Shown here one piece after another: positions 34,830-35,710 of a stretch of DNA of 35,710 bases. The notes beneath the pieces are model-generated. The model made no database searches. It was not told where the DNA came from and saw nothing but the letters and a program-made list of their open reading frames with translations. This DNA is from Bacillota bacterium. GTDB lineage: Bacteria; Bacillota; Sulfobacillia; JABLXB01. The DNA is taken from contig JAHDPS010000088.1 of the NCBI GenBank assembly GCA_018434225.1, positions 1 through 35,710 on the forward strand, in the 5' to 3' direction. Position numbers and translations under genes: made by a program. Every line of letters starts with the position of its first letter. Within the stretch, counting starts at the first letter, position 1.

Positions 34830-35710
34830 CTACACGAGCACCTTTTCGACATACGCCGATGTCATGAGTCTCAGCGCCGCCGGGTAATTCAGCCTGAACC
34901 CGATCTTATCCCCGACGCGAACAGGCTTCTCCGCCGAAGTGACGTCCAGTATGAGATGGTCGCTGGACGCGCCCGCGATCTCGATGCCCTGATCGACCGG
35001 GGTGACCCCTGCCACCTCGACATCCTGTTTCCCAATCGCCGCGATGGCCCTGCGCCTCATGCCCCTGTCGATGAACACCGGCTTGCCGCCGAATGAATCG
35101 TAGCCGATGATCCCTTCGGGCATGGACGGCCTATCCCGGACCTCTACCGCCTCGGCCACAAGGGTGAACGTATCCTGCACAGCGCCGGGGATGGGCCTGC
35201 TATAGGAGATGTCCGTCCCGAGGAGGATGCCCTCGCCTATCCTCAACTCCGTGACGCCGGTGGGCATCTCGCCCTTCTCGAACAGAATAGTCGTGGCTGT
35301 GCTGCCCCCCGAAACCCCGACCTCCTGCCCGATCTCCCGCCCCACATCCCTCGCCAGGTCGACTAGAATCTGAACGTTCTCCCGCGTAGGCAATACGCCG
35401 TTGAAGCACGCCACGTTAGTGCCCAGGGCCTCCAGCCTGACCCCTTTCATCCGGACTATCTCCTTGCACGTCCGCAATACCTCGTCGGGGGGAATGCCCT
35501 CCCGCCGCTCGCCGACGTCCACCATCAGGATTATGCCGTGCGTCCTGCCGAGAGCGCTCGCAGCCTCTCCCAGGGCCCTGATTATCTCGACCTCCGAGTT
35601 CAGACTCGCGGCGGCCAGCAGAGGAACGCGCGCAGCCTCCGAAAGCATCGGGATTCTAATCAGTACCAAATCCGTTGCGACGCCCGCGTCCTTGAGGCGC
35701 TCCAGGTTGA
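34830..35710 (-). CDS. orr: Alanine-racemase-fold PLP enzyme, ornithine racemase type; N-terminus off-window
   Basis: The reading frame stays open upstream of the track start (a TTG at 35669) to the window edge (..NLERLKDAGVATDLVLIRIPM..). The alanine racemase N/C-domain pattern is present (ILMVDVGERREG; SGGSTAT; ELRIGEGILLG). Assignment as orr rests on context next to ord-ort-ora. Confidence 0.7.
   Translation of the reverse strand, partial: NLERLKDAGVATDLVLIRIPMLSEAARVPLLAAASLNSEVEIIRALGEAASALGRTHGIILMVDVGERREGIPPDEVLRTCKEIVRMKGVRLEALGTNVACFNGVLPTRENVQILVDLARDVGREIGQEVGVSGGSTATTILFEKGEMPTGVTELRIGEGILLGTDISYSRPIPGAVQDTFTLVAEAVEVRDRPSMPEGIIGYDSFGGKPVFIDRGMRRRAIAAIGKQDVEVAGVTPVDQGIEIAGASSDHLILDVTSAEKPVRVGDKIGFRLNYPAALRLMTSAYVEKVLV

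Noticed and set aside
1-35710. Searched by eye for tRNA/rRNA signatures (GTTCGAATC-type T-loops), CRISPR-like regular repeats, and transposase, integrase or phage genes.
   Set aside because: None found. The TTCGAAT-like strings at 4371 and elsewhere lie inside coding regions without cloverleaf context.

Overview
GC-rich, almost fully coding chromosomal segment. By inference from gene content it comes from an endospore-forming Bacillota, possibly Symbiobacterium- or Limnochordia-like. No rRNA, tRNA, CRISPR array or mobile element was seen. Plus-strand genes at the left end are a PNPOx-like fragment, a degenerate PilZ protein, a SIMPL/DUF541 protein and a YaaH/SleL-like GH18 spore-cortex hydrolase. 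A long minus-strand array runs from 18.6 kb down to 3.6 kb: spoIIE, tilS, ftsH, an active plus inactive M16 peptidase pair, a membrane-anchored 6-blade beta-propeller protein, hutI, cyclodeaminase, fhs, coaX and an orphan ThiF/MoeB E1-like enzyme. A gerA-type germinant receptor operon (A, B, C plus a small fourth membrane ORF) diverges from spoIIE. The right third is catabolic. It holds an SNF-family sodium symporter with a near-consensus promoter and a terminator-containing leader, then a 31-aa tiny membrane ORF that falls below the ORF-track cutoff. Next come a signal-less class-A beta-lactamase-like protein, a tryptophanase-type lyase and the oxidative L-ornithine (Stickland) cluster orr-ord-ortA-ortB-oraS-oraE-glmL-like. 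The most promising unexplained material is the 24.67-25.36 kb spacer: an attenuator candidate, about 250 bp of hairpin-dense sequence and the tiny ORF. Other points of interest are the coupling of the tnaA-type lyase to the ornithine cluster, perfect inverted repeats ahead of the M16 and ord operons, and the coaX-thiF ATGA coupling. I found no clear novel multi-gene system such as a defence or RiPP cluster. Several ORF-track starts appear over-extended and were re-set using RBS and overlap logic. All family calls come from motifs read by eye and recalled family features; no database search was run.
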